A stretch of 49,532 nt of DNA. It comes from Rozella allomycis CSF55 (Eukaryota). Every line of letters starts with the position of its first letter. The stretch's first letter is position 1. The DNA lies in NCBI GenBank assembly GCA_000442015.1, contig KE560735.1, positions 1 through 49,532 of the forward strand, in the 5' to 3' direction. Shown here piece after piece: positions 1 through 12,282 of this stretch. A program made the translations under genes and the position numbers. The notes under the pieces are model-generated. The model made no database searches and was not told where the DNA came from. It saw only the letters and a program-made list of their open reading frames with translations.

Positions 1-99
1 GCTGCTTGTGTTCTCGCGATGTTTATCATTTCATTATGCTAGTTTCATGTTATATGCGAATTAAATAAATGGTTTTATTGGATTTTTATGCAGGGTTGA

Positions 100-561
100 C
101 TACATTGCAGGGCCACGCGGTCTTCTGTCGTCGCGTGTTGGTCTTCTTGTCAGGAATCTGTCTGGTATGTTTCTTGCGGGTCGGTTTTCATGAAAAGAGT
201 TTGTTACAGTATTTGTTTGAGATTGTTCATTTTGCTCTGACTCGGTATTGGTAGGGATGGTGACTTGGGATTGAGACAAATGGCTAGCGTTGTTGACTAT
301 AGGTGTTTCGATAGGTTCTGGAACTTGTGTGAATGCACCATGTTGCGCTGAAGATATATCGGTTCCTTCTGATTGTACGTTGGAAACAGAAACTTCATTC
401 GCGTACGCATTTGTAGCTGGCAGCTCGTTTCTCAGTGACATTCGAGCAACATTGTACATAAGTCTTCTCATTGGCCCAGATTGACGAATAGGATACCGAC
501 ATAACGATGCAGCATGTAAAAGATAGTTTGTTAATATGATTGCTAGAGTGATTAATTTCAT
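100..561 (-). CDS. Small secreted protein of unknown function (153 aa), candidate effector
   Basis: Internal ATG at 561 gives MKLITLAIILTNYLLHAAS (signal-peptide-like), then a low-complexity S/T/Q/N region and an Arg-rich tail. No intron needed. Confidence 0.6.
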   Translation of the reverse strand: MKLITLAIILTNYLLHAASLCRYPIRQSGPMRRLMYNVARMSLRNELPATNAYANEVSVSNVQSEGTDISSAQHGAFTQVPEPIETPIVNNASHLSQSQVTIPTNTESEQNEQSQTNTVTNSFHENRPARNIPDRFLTRRPTRDDRRPRGPAM

Positions 562-881
562 TATCTTGTAATGAACCAGGGTAAACTCCCCATTAAGAGG
601 ATGTGTGACATCAGCCACGTCATCTATTTACCGAAAAGGAAATAGATATAATCTTGGAATTTTCTATTTCCCAAACATTGAATTCATTCTATAATAAAAT
701 CGTAATCGTCGGTCCAACACTACATGTGAACGAGATTGCAAGCACTAAAAGTTAAAAAACTGTTAAATGTTAAAAAATTAAAATCCACACGGCACACTGG
801 TAAAACTATAATTGTAATAATCACAACTAGTGCATTTATCATCAATCGAAGGTAAGAAAATTGTCAAAAAGAACAAAAAAA

Positions 882-954
882 TGCGATCAGTGAGACTCGA
901 ACTCACGACCTTAAGATTATGAGACTTACGCGCTGCCGACTGCGCTATGATCGC
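882..954 (-). tRNA. tRNA-Met(CAT), elongator
   Basis: Reverse complement folds as a 73-nt cloverleaf: GCGATCA-TA-GCGC-AGTCGGCA-GCGC-G-TAAGT-CTCATAA-TCTTA-AGGTC-GTGAG-TTCGAGT-CTCAC-TGATCGC-A. G1:C72, U31:U39 and a TTC T-loop indicate the elongator. A T7 Pol III terminator follows. Confidence 0.97.
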
Positions 955-994
955 CTGATATCGAGACACTGGGAACTTATTACATTTATTAAAC

Positions 995-2554
995 TTATTG
1001 TGCCATTCTGCTTGTCAAATTAAAGATCGCAAAAAAGGATGATTGTGCAGTAACATCAATTTTTAAAGGGTATCCATTATACACATCCCAGGAGATTTGT
1101 ACACCATCGTAAGCGAGTGACATAATGGCTAGTTCATCTAAATCAGCATTGGATTTCGGCAAACATTCTATGGCGACAATAGTAGCTGTATGCCCTCTTA
1201 GTTTAAAAACAATGTCATTCACGATAGGATGATACAATTTGACTGTTCTATCTACACCGCCACACACCACTATTTCTTTAATATTATCAATATCTTCCAT
1301 GTCAACATCTGGTATGTCCTCGTATTTCACTTTGCTGGATGTTATTTCATCTTTCTCTTCGCAAAATCCAAAGTAAGAAAACGTTTCACGTGTTTTTTGA
1401 ACGTAGTCCAGAAATTCATCAGTATATTTAATAAAAGGCATCAAAATTTGCAAAGTGCGTATACTTCTATCATCAGCTTTTATCATGCGACATGCATCAA
1501 CGGTGTTTACTCTTAATGGGAAACGTAACTTGTCATAGTACCAAACGGCGACATGACCTGTGTGAAAGGCGACTGCAATCCTTCGTGTATCAAAATGAAT
1601 ACACGTGACATCTATGGCTTTGTCATGTTTTAAATCAAATAAACAAATATTGCTTTTCCGACTATATACTTTGATGGACCCATCTTTTGCACCAGATATA
1701 ACCAAAACGTCATCAAACTATTAAAAAATTAATCAGTTGTTTACCTGGATGCATGTGATTGGAATTGAATGATTTTGGTAAATACTAATACATCTTCCAG
1801 AGTCCAGTGACCAGCATATCAAGTCACCGCAATTATGACCGACGTAAGCAAATGAAGTATCAAAGGTAATTGCTGTTACGAAACTAGGATGCCCGAAAGC
1901 AAAAGGTCTGGAGTTTTGATTTTGTGCTGGGTTTGCCCTGAATTTCGTGAGAAGTGTCCTGAAATCAGGCCTCAGGATCCATATACGTTCTCCGGAATAA
2001 ACATCGTGGAAATAGCAGACACCATCTGAATCACCAATTGCGAGAAGCCCATCGTGAGCTTGAAGGCAAGTTACAGAACCACCTGCATCCATTGGAATTG
2101 AGTAAACTGTTTTTTTCTGACTCATATCAAAACAAGTAACTTGCCCAAATCCAAGGCAGACTATAATAAATTCGTCATAAAACTATCAACAAAGGTAATA
2201 AAGAATTTACCTGATGCAGCTCACCCGACTTTAAAAATCCATTGTTTTGCGTAATGCAATTTCTTCCTCTTGAATACAGCTTTTCCTGCATAGATAGATT
2301 TTTAGCTGTTTCAAACCAAGATTCATTTCCATTCTTTTCATTTTTCAAGTATTTTAACCATTTTCTGTCGCAAAGGTTCTTCCAAAATTCTACGCCATTT
2401 TTTCTTCGTCTAAGGATCTCGTATAATTTGTTATTTGCTTGCGAAATGGTTGAAAGAGATTCGAAATCCACCCGTTTCCCGTAAAAATCCTGGTGATTTT
2501 TTCTGGTAATTTCCAAAACTTAGTACCGTAGNATGGCAAATCAAATAGTTTCAT
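995..2554 (-). CDS. F-box/WD40-repeat protein (multi-exon)
   Basis: WD40 repeats (VISGAKDGSIKVY, CGGVDRTVKLY, LRGHTATIVAI). Introns 1718-1744 (27 nt) and 2183-2210 (28 nt) join the ORFs in frame. N-terminus MKLFDLP...DFESLSTISQANNKLYEI is F-box-like. The 5' structure is uncertain because of the N at 2532. Confidence 0.7.
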
Positions 2555-2743
2555 CAAGGAGAATTTGAGAGGTTTCTAATTTTATCCTACAATCTATCAA
2601 ATTTTGATGTTTAAACTTCCGGAAATATTATTTGATCATATTGATCTTTGATTGTTTTTACCACACTTCCATGATGACTCATTCCATCAATGTCAATTAA
2701 AATGATGTCTTTAAGTACGTAAAAAAAGAACCAATTTATTAAT

Positions 2744-5700
2744 TTAAAAAGAAGAATAATAAGATAAATAAAAGTAAGCGAGGGATAAAATACCACCAAT
2801 AACTGCTGTAGTCATAGCCAGTGAAGCATTCAAGGTAGTCTCGCTAACAGGTGAATTTATGACATACACCTTAATACAATTAATATTAGAATAGTACCAT
2901 GAATTCAGTTTGCAAATTGCAATAGCTGCCATCAATAAGAAAAACCTTGAAATGATACAATTCAGCGCCCATCCAAATTATGGATGTATTCGGCGATATG
3001 GGTAAAGAAGACACCGACGCGAAATCTGAACAATTATTTGATGCTTTTAAAAATTAATAAAAGGCTTACTGGTAAAGCAATAATCTTTTCTTCCATTAAC
3101 TTCCTCAAGAATGTAAGTTGCTGCCGATGATGTTGATGTCAGGTGTCCATCCTCGTATAGACCTAATTCTGGATTGTAATGAGAATAGTAATCCACGGGA
3201 TATACTTTTGATATGCAATCGCTAAATATTGATTTGAAAGTCATGTTGTAGCCGACTCCACAAGTGCAGTCATGTCTTGTTTTGGCCCCTAAACATTGTT
3301 TATATGTGCCTGAAGATCGGGAAACAGACATAAAATCATTATATCGGGGCATTGAAGGATCAGCGTTGTATAAATTGTCAGATGTCGGAACTGCTAAACC
3401 GTAAGATGAAGGAGGACGATAATTAACTGGAAGATCGATAAAGGAAGAAGGGTATTGATCGATATGTAAATTTGCTTTCAATGAAACTCTTCCATTACAT
3501 CCAACTGATACAACAAGAGGCGAAAATTCTTGAGTACAAGAAGAAGAATATTCTGATAATTGAAACATTAGATCAGTTTCACCCTAGAAATTATTTATCG
3601 AAAATAATCTTACAACAATTCCTTTATCATAAAGAGTTACATTCAATGTGTAATATATCAAGCCGGAATCGATTGATGTTGTCAAAATGGAAGACCTTTG
3701 AACGAGTGATGGATTGCTCAATACCACTGAAAGCCCGATATTTTCTGTTATTTTATCATTTCTGAATGCCACTCTTAACCAAACTTGTGCAGATCGATGT
3801 CGTTCGATTGTGATTGATGTTGTATTGTAACTTGTTTCAATGGATAAAACTTCGCAATCCAAACTCTTCAAGAAATATGGCGACGATCTCAAATAAGGAA
3901 CAGGAAACATGCCATAAACATAGTCTATTGTATTTCTAAACATCATCCATTCGCTTGATGCATAAGTTCCTGAAACCATTGGTGTGAAAAAAGAAACCTA
4001 TTTAATGGAACAGATAACATTACGTTTGCAGTAAAATTGCTGGTGACATTTGTAACAATACCAATAGTGTCATTAAATAAAATCATTTTGTGAAGATCGG
4101 CTGTTGAGAATTTCATAAATCCAGGGTCCAATGTGATCAGATATTGATTACCAACTAAAGAGGATACAGTAAGGTTTTGACTAAAAGTGTTAACATCATT
4201 AATAAAGCCTCTAAAATCGTAAATGTTGTAAGCGCCTGACGGTATGTTGTTCAAATCCCCAAGTACTAAACCTTGATGAGCAATATATCCTGTAGCATTG
4301 TATTTGTTTTGGATATCTGTAATTAGTATATTCAACGATTTGTATATTAAAGTTTTCCCTATAGAACTAAATACCCATCCTTCGGTAGAAGATGAACTTG
4401 ATTGTTGGAGTGAAAGAATAACAAAAGATTCATTTGTAAACATAATATTCAATTTAAATGTTAATGATGGCTCTTTTGAAGGAGCTTCTGGAATTAATTG
4501 ATTTTGGATTTGGCCAAATAAATTGGCAGGCGGTTTTGCGCTAACAATGGAAGAACCAGCAATTGAATTTGGTTGAGCATTTTGGGTTAAAAGAACTCTA
4601 TATAATGATGAGACGGACGAGTTAAAAATATTTAAATCATTTTTTGGGTCAGAAAGCGATTTATACACAAATTCAATATTCTTATCGCTTTTAACTATTG
4701 GAACAGCTGTATGCAATGGTTGAAATTCTTTTCCAGAATATATTGAGCGTCTCGGGATAATAATTCTCTTCAATATATCTTTTCTAAATGAATTTGTTGT
4801 TAAATCAAGAAATCCGAATTCTGTGCCATTTGTAGAATTGTACATCCCAAAATCAGTATGAAGTGCTAAAAGAAGACCTTCATTAGACAAATGGAAAAAA
4901 TGCTTTTGATTTGGATTGTAGTTTGGTAGATTGCTCATTGGCAATAGTTTATTTGATGAAACTTTACCAAAGAAAACCATTGAATGAGACGTAATAGCCA
5001 CTACAATGCTGTCTTGTTTACTCATAAGAATCCTTTCAAAAACATGGATACTACTATCATCGTTAAATTGATATTCACTCAAAGAAAATTGCTGCTCAAA
5101 TAGAAACCCTCCATCATTGGAACGCAAAAATTGTTCTCCATAAACAAACACAGTAAAGCGTGTGGGATGAAGCTTCATTCCTACCACAACCATTGAAGGA
5201 TCAAACATTTTAATGACTTGCTGGGAAGACAAAACATTATTAAAAGTTCTTAATATAATCGTCTGATTGTAAAGGCAAATATTGACTTCACAGTCGCCTG
5301 GATTATTTATAGGATTTCCAAATAAATAAAGATTTGCTTTAGTTGAAGGTATCGTAATGCTTGAAATCAATTTTAAAGTAGTATTCAAATTGAGTAAATT
5401 CCACTTACCCATTAATGCTGCTGAAACAGACGCAGTGTATATGCTAGTAGAGTTTACTATAACGTTCAATTCTTCGTTTCCTTCAGTATAACAATTTTCT
5501 TTAAAGTGTATCGCCAAATTAGTTGAATTTGTAAATGGCGCCCACGAAAATTTATATGCATTGGCGTTATTTCGAGCCATCGCAATCCCATAATTTGTTA
5601 AATAGAAAATAGATTTCTGCGCAAACTTAACATTTAGAATTTCTAACGCCTTGCATTGTGCTGAAGTCAGTCCAAAACAGATCGAGTCAGATAGTAAAGA

Positions 5701-6866
5701 TTCATTTCCCATTTCATTCAAACATAAATTGAAAATCTTTGTCGTCTTGAAAGAGTTGTCGGTAAAAGCAACAATGCACCCTGTGTAGTTTGACGCTGAT
5801 GTACGGAACAGCATTGCAGCGTTACTAGGATTGCATGGATTTGTGGATATAAAGACAGGATTAAATAGATCATTTCTCAAAGTATTGACTATATTTGCGA
5901 AATTGGATCCGCCAATGTTTCCATTCAAATAACAGGCGGGTGAATTAAGGTAAAGTCTTGGAAAAGTTACATCAACGGTAGTTGGAGCGACGCGGCATCC
6001 ACCAATTATGACTAAATTTTTCTTCACTTTTGCAGATATAGAGGCTTCGTTGGCTATGTAAGAATACGGAAAGTTGAATTCCCAAAAAGAATCATTATAC
6101 TGATAATATTCAAGTCATTCTCTTACCAATTTGCTACTGCTGTCCAATCGAAATTTATATGAGCTCCAATAGTTTGAAAAGGTTAAATCTAATTTAATTC
6201 CGTATTTGTGATATGCCCTCGTCCAGACTTCGTCATCAAATTCATTATTATCATTCAGCTTGCTTGTTGCCTGAACAAGGAGTGTCAAGTTCCCAGTAGC
6301 CGAAAATTGTGATCTAGGTGGTAATAGATATCGACCTTGAAAATCGAAACAATCTAATTCAGAATCACAGATGAACGTACAATTGTTGGAGCTGAATACT
6401 ACCAGCGCCTTTCCTATTGATGGTGCTGGTAACCCACTGGTGGTGAGGCCTGATAAATTGGGACCGTTGGCAATTATAAAAGGCTGGTCATTTACTGTCA
6501 CATTAATATGTTTCTTCCCAGGAGTCGTATAGCGGTGATTCCACGAGTATTCTAAAACTTCTTTACCAGTCAGTGGGCCAGTCAAGGAGGTGACAGGTTG
6601 CCCGTCATCATCAAATTCACCATATTGAGTATAAACAAAATATGACTGATTTAAGACGAGAAACGAATTAATTAAACTGATTTTAATTTCTGGCTTAAAT
6701 ATCTTAATTAATAATTACCTTGACCATCCACCACTTCGCTTCTGTAACTGGAAATAAGCATAGATAGTTTGGGATAAGAAGAGGGTAAATTATTCATAAA
6801 ACAATTGAGACCATTGAAATATATTAAGACGAAAAAAAGTAAAAATGACACCTTTTCCCCCATCAT
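2744..6866 (-). CDS. CATSPERB: CatSper channel auxiliary subunit beta orthologue (7 exons, ~1318 aa)
   Basis: Exons 6866-6719, 6689-6127, 6099-4024, 3997-3614, 3583-3070, 3043-2898 and 2869-2744 join in frame through 26-30 nt GT-AG introns. Signal peptide MMGEKVSFLLFFVLIYFNGLNC. C-terminal motifs LPVNYRPPSSYGLAVPTSDNLYNADPS, GTYKQC, FSDCISKV, GAELYHFKV..GSYCNLQTEFMVYV and TM AMTTAVIGGILSLAYF match the CATSPERB C-terminus as I recall it. Confidence 0.88.
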
Positions 6867-6919
6867 GAAATTTCAAAGAATTTTGTTTGTCCATTAATAA
6901 CGGCACATGTTGCGTTAAC

Positions 6920-6952
6920 NNNNNNNNNNNNNNNNNNNNNNNNNNNNNNNNN
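6920..6952. other. Assembly gap (33 N)
   Basis: Run of N in the intergenic region between CATSPERB and the Borealin-like gene. Confidence 0.99.
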
Positions 6953-7044
6953 AATTAAAACATTAATATATTTAAATTCTAATAATGAACACATGTAAGT
7001 CAATACACCATTGTTATGATAGGAATTTCTGAAATATTTAAAAA

Positions 7045-7532
7045 ATGACATCCACAGCTGACACTCCATATTTTTCATCAGAGGAGGAAAAGAAATCAGT
7101 GTTAATTTTTCTAGAAGAACAGCGTAAAATTTATTCTAAGCTTTGATAAGTGCAAAGCAAATTGGAGCTCTTAAACAAACACGAGGTTTTACTTACAGAT
7201 AGTTTGAAGCTTCAGATGGAACTTGAACTATCGAAATTGCCTTTGCATGTACGAGAAATGCGGGTTGATGATTTTGAACGGGAGTCTACTGATAGTAATG
7301 AGCCTACCTTTTAATTTCAGTCACAAAACCAGTTTCCCAAAGCCTTCACAGCACGCCATTGCCTCATGAAAAAAACAGGACTGGGAAGAATACATTAAGG
7401 GAAACACTTGCTTCAGCACCTATAGAGTCACAATTGGAACAGATTGCTAGCCATTCGGATCAGAAAGAGGCCAAGGAATACCTACTTGAACTGCAGGCAC
7501 AACTCTCTTCCATGCTTCAAACTATGAAATAG
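7045..7532 (+). CDS. Borealin/Nbl1-like chromosomal passenger complex subunit (3 exons, not in the ORF track)
   Basis: Introns 7124-7150 and 7295-7320 give MTSTADTPYFSSEEEKKSVLIFLEEQLQSKLELLNKHEVLLTDSLKLQMELELSKLPLHVREMRVDDF...QAQLSSMLQTMK*. ELSKLPxxVRxMxVxDF resembles the Nbl1/Borealin N-terminal helix. Confidence 0.7.
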
Positions 7533-7704
7533 TAATAAATGTAGTTATAGAAATATTTCGTCAGTCTTTTTTAATTCGGTTTGCTTCCGGGCAGTTAATA
7601 TTGCATATTCAACATCAAATATTTGATTTATCTTGCATTTCATTTTTAATACGAATAAGAATGAGGTGGCAGTTTATTTTGTTGTTCTTGTTGTTATTAT
7701 TGAC

Positions 7705-8849
7705 ATGGATTTTAGAATTGCTGTTCGAAAATTAGAATTGATCTACAACGAATGTTCATTGGTAAAACTTTGAGGCACAAGTCATTTTAAGGAAGCAGAA
7801 AAACGAAAGAATGAAGAATCTCAATTAGATGCCTTCAGTAAATTAAGAAAACAGCTGCATCGAGAAATAAAGGAAGTCAGAAAAGTATACATGTTTTAAT
7901 TTGTTGCAAAAGATGATACAAGAGAGAGATTCTTTGAAATCCAACAATGCCCGCGAAAATGCAGAAGCGTCACATAAAATCAGGCAGAAAATTAGAGACG
8001 TCAAAGGAAAGTTTGCTGAAATTAATGACGTATTGAAAGATGAGGAAAAGAAGTTGGCAAAGGTAAAAATTATTAGTCAAGTTTTCTAGCTAAAATCAGG
8101 AGGAAAGAGCGAGAAAATAGATGAAATACAAAAAGAAGTAGTAATGCATAGAGAAGTAGTTGATCTTGTATCAAAGCACATTGAAGAGTGCGAAACATTG
8201 GAAAAAAGGCGATTTCTTGATAAAATGTCAAGCTCCGATAAAACTGCTCTCTTGTCTGGAGGAACTGGCCAAACTCGATTTACACGTGAAGCACCAAATT
8301 TAGGTATGTCTGTAAAAAATGTATCTTAAGATAGAGGTCCTATCGCTAATGCTCTATTTGCTGGAGGATCAAAAGGAGCTGGGAGTAGTGGCGATAAGAC
8401 AGGAAACTCAGATAGTCCATTACCAGACATAGATGTAGACGAGGATTTAAAAATGCTACAAGATCGTAATAATTTAATCGTAAGACTCATGAAAATAATC
8501 GATGTTAGGACCAAGATTTGGATGAAATTGGAACAGGAGTGGGTCGAGTAAAAGATTTGGCTTTAGAAATGCAAAGAGTAGTGTCATAATGGTTATTGTT
8601 ATTTTAGGAGCTAGCCAGACAAAATGATATCTTAACAAATATTGATACGAAAGCAGATAAGGCTCAAGAAAAATTGGACAACATTAATGTTCAAATGAAA
8701 AATTCAATTGAGAAAGTAAAAACGGTATTTGCAAAAGAAAGGTAATGAAAGGAGATAGATTTCTAATGAATTGCATCTTGTTCGTCATTCTACTTTGCAT
8801 AATTGGATTCATTGTGTCATACGTTGTGCCTCCGTCATCTACAAGCTAA
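7705..8849 (+). CDS. Qc-SNARE, SYP7 (syntaxin-71)-like, multi-exon
   Basis: Spliced product has an N-terminal helical region (SQLDAFSKLRKQL), a SNARE motif (DQDLDEIGTGVGRVKDLALEMQ...ELARQNDILTNIDTKADKA) and a C-terminal TM (FLMNCILFVILLCIIGFIVSYVV). Confidence 0.75.
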
Positions 8850-8887
8850 ATATATTAAATACCAGTTTATATTTTTCAATCTTCGCT

Positions 8888-9894
8888 TTATTCAGTGATA
8901 TCCATCTGGGACGTATTGTCGGATCTTCTTCTTGAAGCAACTACACTGAGAAATACATCAAGACCACCAAATGAACCATTTACACTAGAATCAATCCCAT
9001 AATGATTAGTCGCGGCTGTTAATTTGTTCGTAACTAGAGCGACATGTAATGCTTGCAACCTCTGAACATTATTGGCTATTCTGTGGACTTACCTCTATAG
9101 CGCGATTATTAGATTTAATATGTTCAATCAAAGAATCATTAACCGGTGCATTTTGATCCAAAAACGGTAGTATTGAATTCTTGAGCTCAGCGTCTCGTAG
9201 CAAGGGCCCCAAATATTGCATATTTAGCAAGCGGTTGAGAGCAGCTGCGGGTAAAGCTTGCATAGCGGCACCTTGGTTTATATTCATTGTAACATTTACT
9301 TGGATTGGTTATTGAAGATATTACAGTATCAAAGTTAGTTGACTGGTTTGTCGTCGTTTGGGAAGACCCACTAGAATTATTTTGATTACCACCTAGGCCA
9401 GAGCCCCTTAACATTGCGGACAACATTTCATTTTGATTTTGAGAGCCAATAGATCCACCAAACACATTAGTGCTATTATGGCTTGCCGAAGGTGGATTGT
9501 TGATCATTACGTTTACTCTTTTTACAATATCTGAATCATTTTTATCATTTGAGTCTTGCATCCAAATAAAAAATCTTTGAGAAGAAGTCTTATATTTTAA
9601 AACAAAAACACGGCCAGTTGTGCATTGAGGAACATGAACCAATTCAGCCTCGTCCGGAAAAACTATCAAATCCTTAAATTGGAATAAATAATTTTGTACA
9701 TCTTCAGTCATGTTAGTTCTCCTATCGATCCACATTAAATGTAACAATCCATCATCACTTATTTTAACTGAAATTAAGCCTTTCCTAGGATCGGGTACAA
9801 CTAGCCTTCCCTGTTGACTTAATTTGCCTGCTTTGAATTCTATTCTATCGCTTGATGTACTAGCTGCCACAGGCGCTGCGAAAATCGATGACAT
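8888..9894 (-). CDS. RPN13: Proteasomal ubiquitin receptor Rpn13/ADRM1
   Basis: PRU domain: IEFKAGKL, VVPDPRKGLI, EDDLIVFPDEA (after removing the 27-nt intron 9673-9699), CTTGRVFVLKY, FFIWMQ. The spliced C-terminus ends QMDITE*. Confidence 0.93.
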
Positions 9895-10009
9895 TCAATA
9901 AGACCAGGGATCAAATACGTAATAAATTGTTGAAAAATGAGACACACATATTAATTATCTGAGCATCTCATAATCATTTTTCAAGTGATTTATTTTGAGG
10001 CTGAAAATA

Positions 10010-11077
10010 ATGGAAAAAGAGAGTTGCAAAATTTTGTTCAAAGATGACACTTACTTCTATGCTGACGAGGTTTTGTGCGTGGATGTCCACAGCTTTATAT
10101 ATGTTATATGTGCAACTTATCAACTTGATGAAATATCAGGCAAACGAAACGGGTCGGTTTTACTGTACAAGAAATTACACGATGAAAAATCCTTTGTATT
10201 GTTAAAAAGATTAAAGTGTGATGGTATTTATAATATGAAATTGTTTAAACATGATGGGAAGGTATTACTTTTCTCGGCATGCGCGCAAGCCAAGATAAAC
10301 GTATACACACTTGAAAATGATGATTTAACATTAGTAAAAATGAAATTGGTTTTTCATAGACTGCAAAATTTGAAGGAAACGAATCTGATTTATTTTTGTC
10401 GATTGATACCATGAACTCATTGAACGAACTGTTCGTAGTCGCTTCCAACAATATTGGCATGATAAGTGTATATAAATACTATGGAGAATCATTTGAATGT
10501 GTTATAGAATGGAAAGCTCATCATTATGAAACTTGGGCTGTGTGTTTTGAGGTTGGAAACAATAGTGAAGTCTTTTCTGGTGCAGATGACGGTGCGCTTG
10601 TAAGATGGAAGTTGGATTATAGTACGAATAATGCATATCCACTAAAAAAGAAGCAGTAGTTAAGTAATTGACATTACATAGGCATGAAATGGGAATATGC
10701 TCAATTCTAAATCATCCTAGTGATTCTAATCTTCTAGCGTATGGGAGTTATGATGAGCATGTTCGTATACTGAACAAAGATACAAGCCAAATAATTTATA
10801 GCGTTAATACGAACGGCGGTGTCTGGCGATTTAATTTCAGTCCCAACGACGAGAATCTCATTGCTACAGCCTCTATGCATGGTGGGGTCTGTATAATCAA
10901 TATTAAAGAACGTAAAGTTATTTCATAGAATGAAATTTAGAGAAAATCCTTCAAAATTTTCGAGGTCATGAGTCTATAGCGTATGGCGTAGATTGGATTG
11001 ATTCAACAACATTAGCCTCTTGCTCATTTTATGATCACACATTTTTAATTTGGACTTATCTAGATAATAGAGTATAA
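10010..11077 (+). CDS. DPH7: Diphthine methyl ester methylesterase (WD40; DPH7/RRT2/WDR85)
   Basis: Motifs CATYQL, AHHYETW, GSYDEHVRI, GGVWR, HESIAYGVDW and SCSFYD across 4 exons. Confidence 0.92.
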
Positions 11078-11169
11078 TAAGCTTTAATAAAGCATTTTAG
11101 TAGCAATGATGTGCTTAATTTGAGTAATATTGTTCTTTGAGTCGTTTCATTGTTTTGTTGGATACCGAA

Positions 11170-11625
11170 ATGGATGTGGACTACTTGAAGCAAACAGTGG
11201 CATTGCCTTTAAAGAAGGCAATTTTGCAGACAACAATTGTTCAACCAGTGGATCCAATTGAATTCATGGCCCAATATTTACTTTCCCATACAAAATACGA
11301 AAAAGCTAGAGATCTTGAAACCACTGTGAAAAAAGATTTCCAGACCAGACTTAATGACATCCATGAACTAAAGAAAATCCACAATAGAAAGAACGCCGAG
11401 CTATCTACGGAAGAAAAACCGGAATCATCAGATGTTCTTGTAGAAAATGAAAAGCATTTAATAGATGAATCTAAGCCCGATACAGTAACAATTGAAAGTC
11501 CAAAGGAGAATACGGAAGAACTAGAAGAAGCTGTTATCGAGAGCAGTTTAAGTAATAAAGACAGTAGAGTGGCACAAGACGAGCAAGTTAATCCTGATGC
11601 CGAAGAAAGCGCTCAAGATGTATGA
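11170..11625 (+). CDS. DPY30-domain protein (DYDC/radial-spoke-like)
   Basis: N-terminal Dpy-30 motif DYLKQTVALPLKKAILQTTIVQPVDPIEFMAQYLL, then coiled coil and an acidic tail. Confidence 0.75.
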   Translation: MDVDYLKQTVALPLKKAILQTTIVQPVDPIEFMAQYLLSHTKYEKARDLETTVKKDFQTRLNDIHELKKIHNRKNAELSTEEKPESSDVLVENEKHLIDESKPDTVTIESPKENTEELEEAVIESSLSNKDSRVAQDEQVNPDAEESAQDV

Positions 11626-11691
11626 AAGATTGGGAATGTCAATAAAAAGTCTTAAATTTCGCTTATTATTACCCTGACTGTGGCTTTTATC

Positions 11692-12282
11692 ATGTCAACA
11701 GTTATAGCGGGTTTTGATACTTCCTTTACGTCAACTAAATCCATAGCAGCAATCGTAATTTTAGAATATCCTTCTTTTAAAGTTCTATACCAAAATTATC
11801 TTGTTTATGAGCAGTCGATGGAATACAAAGCTGGATTTTTAGGACAAAAAGAGTGTCCTAAATATTTCTCATTATTGAATTCCAGTCCTATAAAACCCGA
11901 CATAATTTTTGTTGACGGTTTCGGGCTTTTACATCCAGAAAAATATGGTTCGGCAACAAGACTTGGAACCACTGTTGAAATACCTACAATTGGTGTTGCT
12001 AAAAACTTAATGGAAACTGTTGTTTCTGTCAGTAGGGACGATTTGAAAAGTTCACAGGAAAACATGGTTTACCTTCCATCGTCTTCAACAAATGAGATAT
12101 TAGGAGTTGCTTGGAGAAATCCTCCCAAGTTTAGTAAATATATATACATTAGTATTGGATGGGGATTATTACTTGAGGAATGTATCGATTGGACTAGGAA
12201 GTGCTGTATTCATAGGATACCAGAGCCTATCCGGCTGGCCGATTTATATTCCCGTAGCATTGCAAGAGAAATAGAAGCTTAA
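11692..12282 (+). CDS. ENDOV: Endonuclease V
   Basis: Motifs IAGFD, YKAGFLGQKE, DIIFVDGFGLLHP, PTIGVAK, IYISIG and RIPEPIRLAD. Catalytic acidic residues are retained. Intronless. Confidence 0.93.
   Translation: MSTVIAGFDTSFTSTKSIAAIVILEYPSFKVLYQNYLVYEQSMEYKAGFLGQKECPKYFSLLNSSPIKPDIIFVDGFGLLHPEKYGSATRLGTTVEIPTIGVAKNLMETVVSVSRDDLKSSQENMVYLPSSSTNEILGVAWRNPPKFSKYIYISIGWGLLLEECIDWTRKCCIHRIPEPIRLADLYSRSIAREIEA

Noticed and set aside
778..969. 63-aa minus-strand ORF
   Set aside because: It overlaps the tRNA-Met gene and is spurious.
2611..2799. Alternative-frame hydrophobic ORF overlapping the CATSPERB 3' end
   Set aside because: The conserved TM is in the other frame, which stops at 2744 with AATAAA just downstream. 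A homopolymer error extending the tail cannot be excluded.
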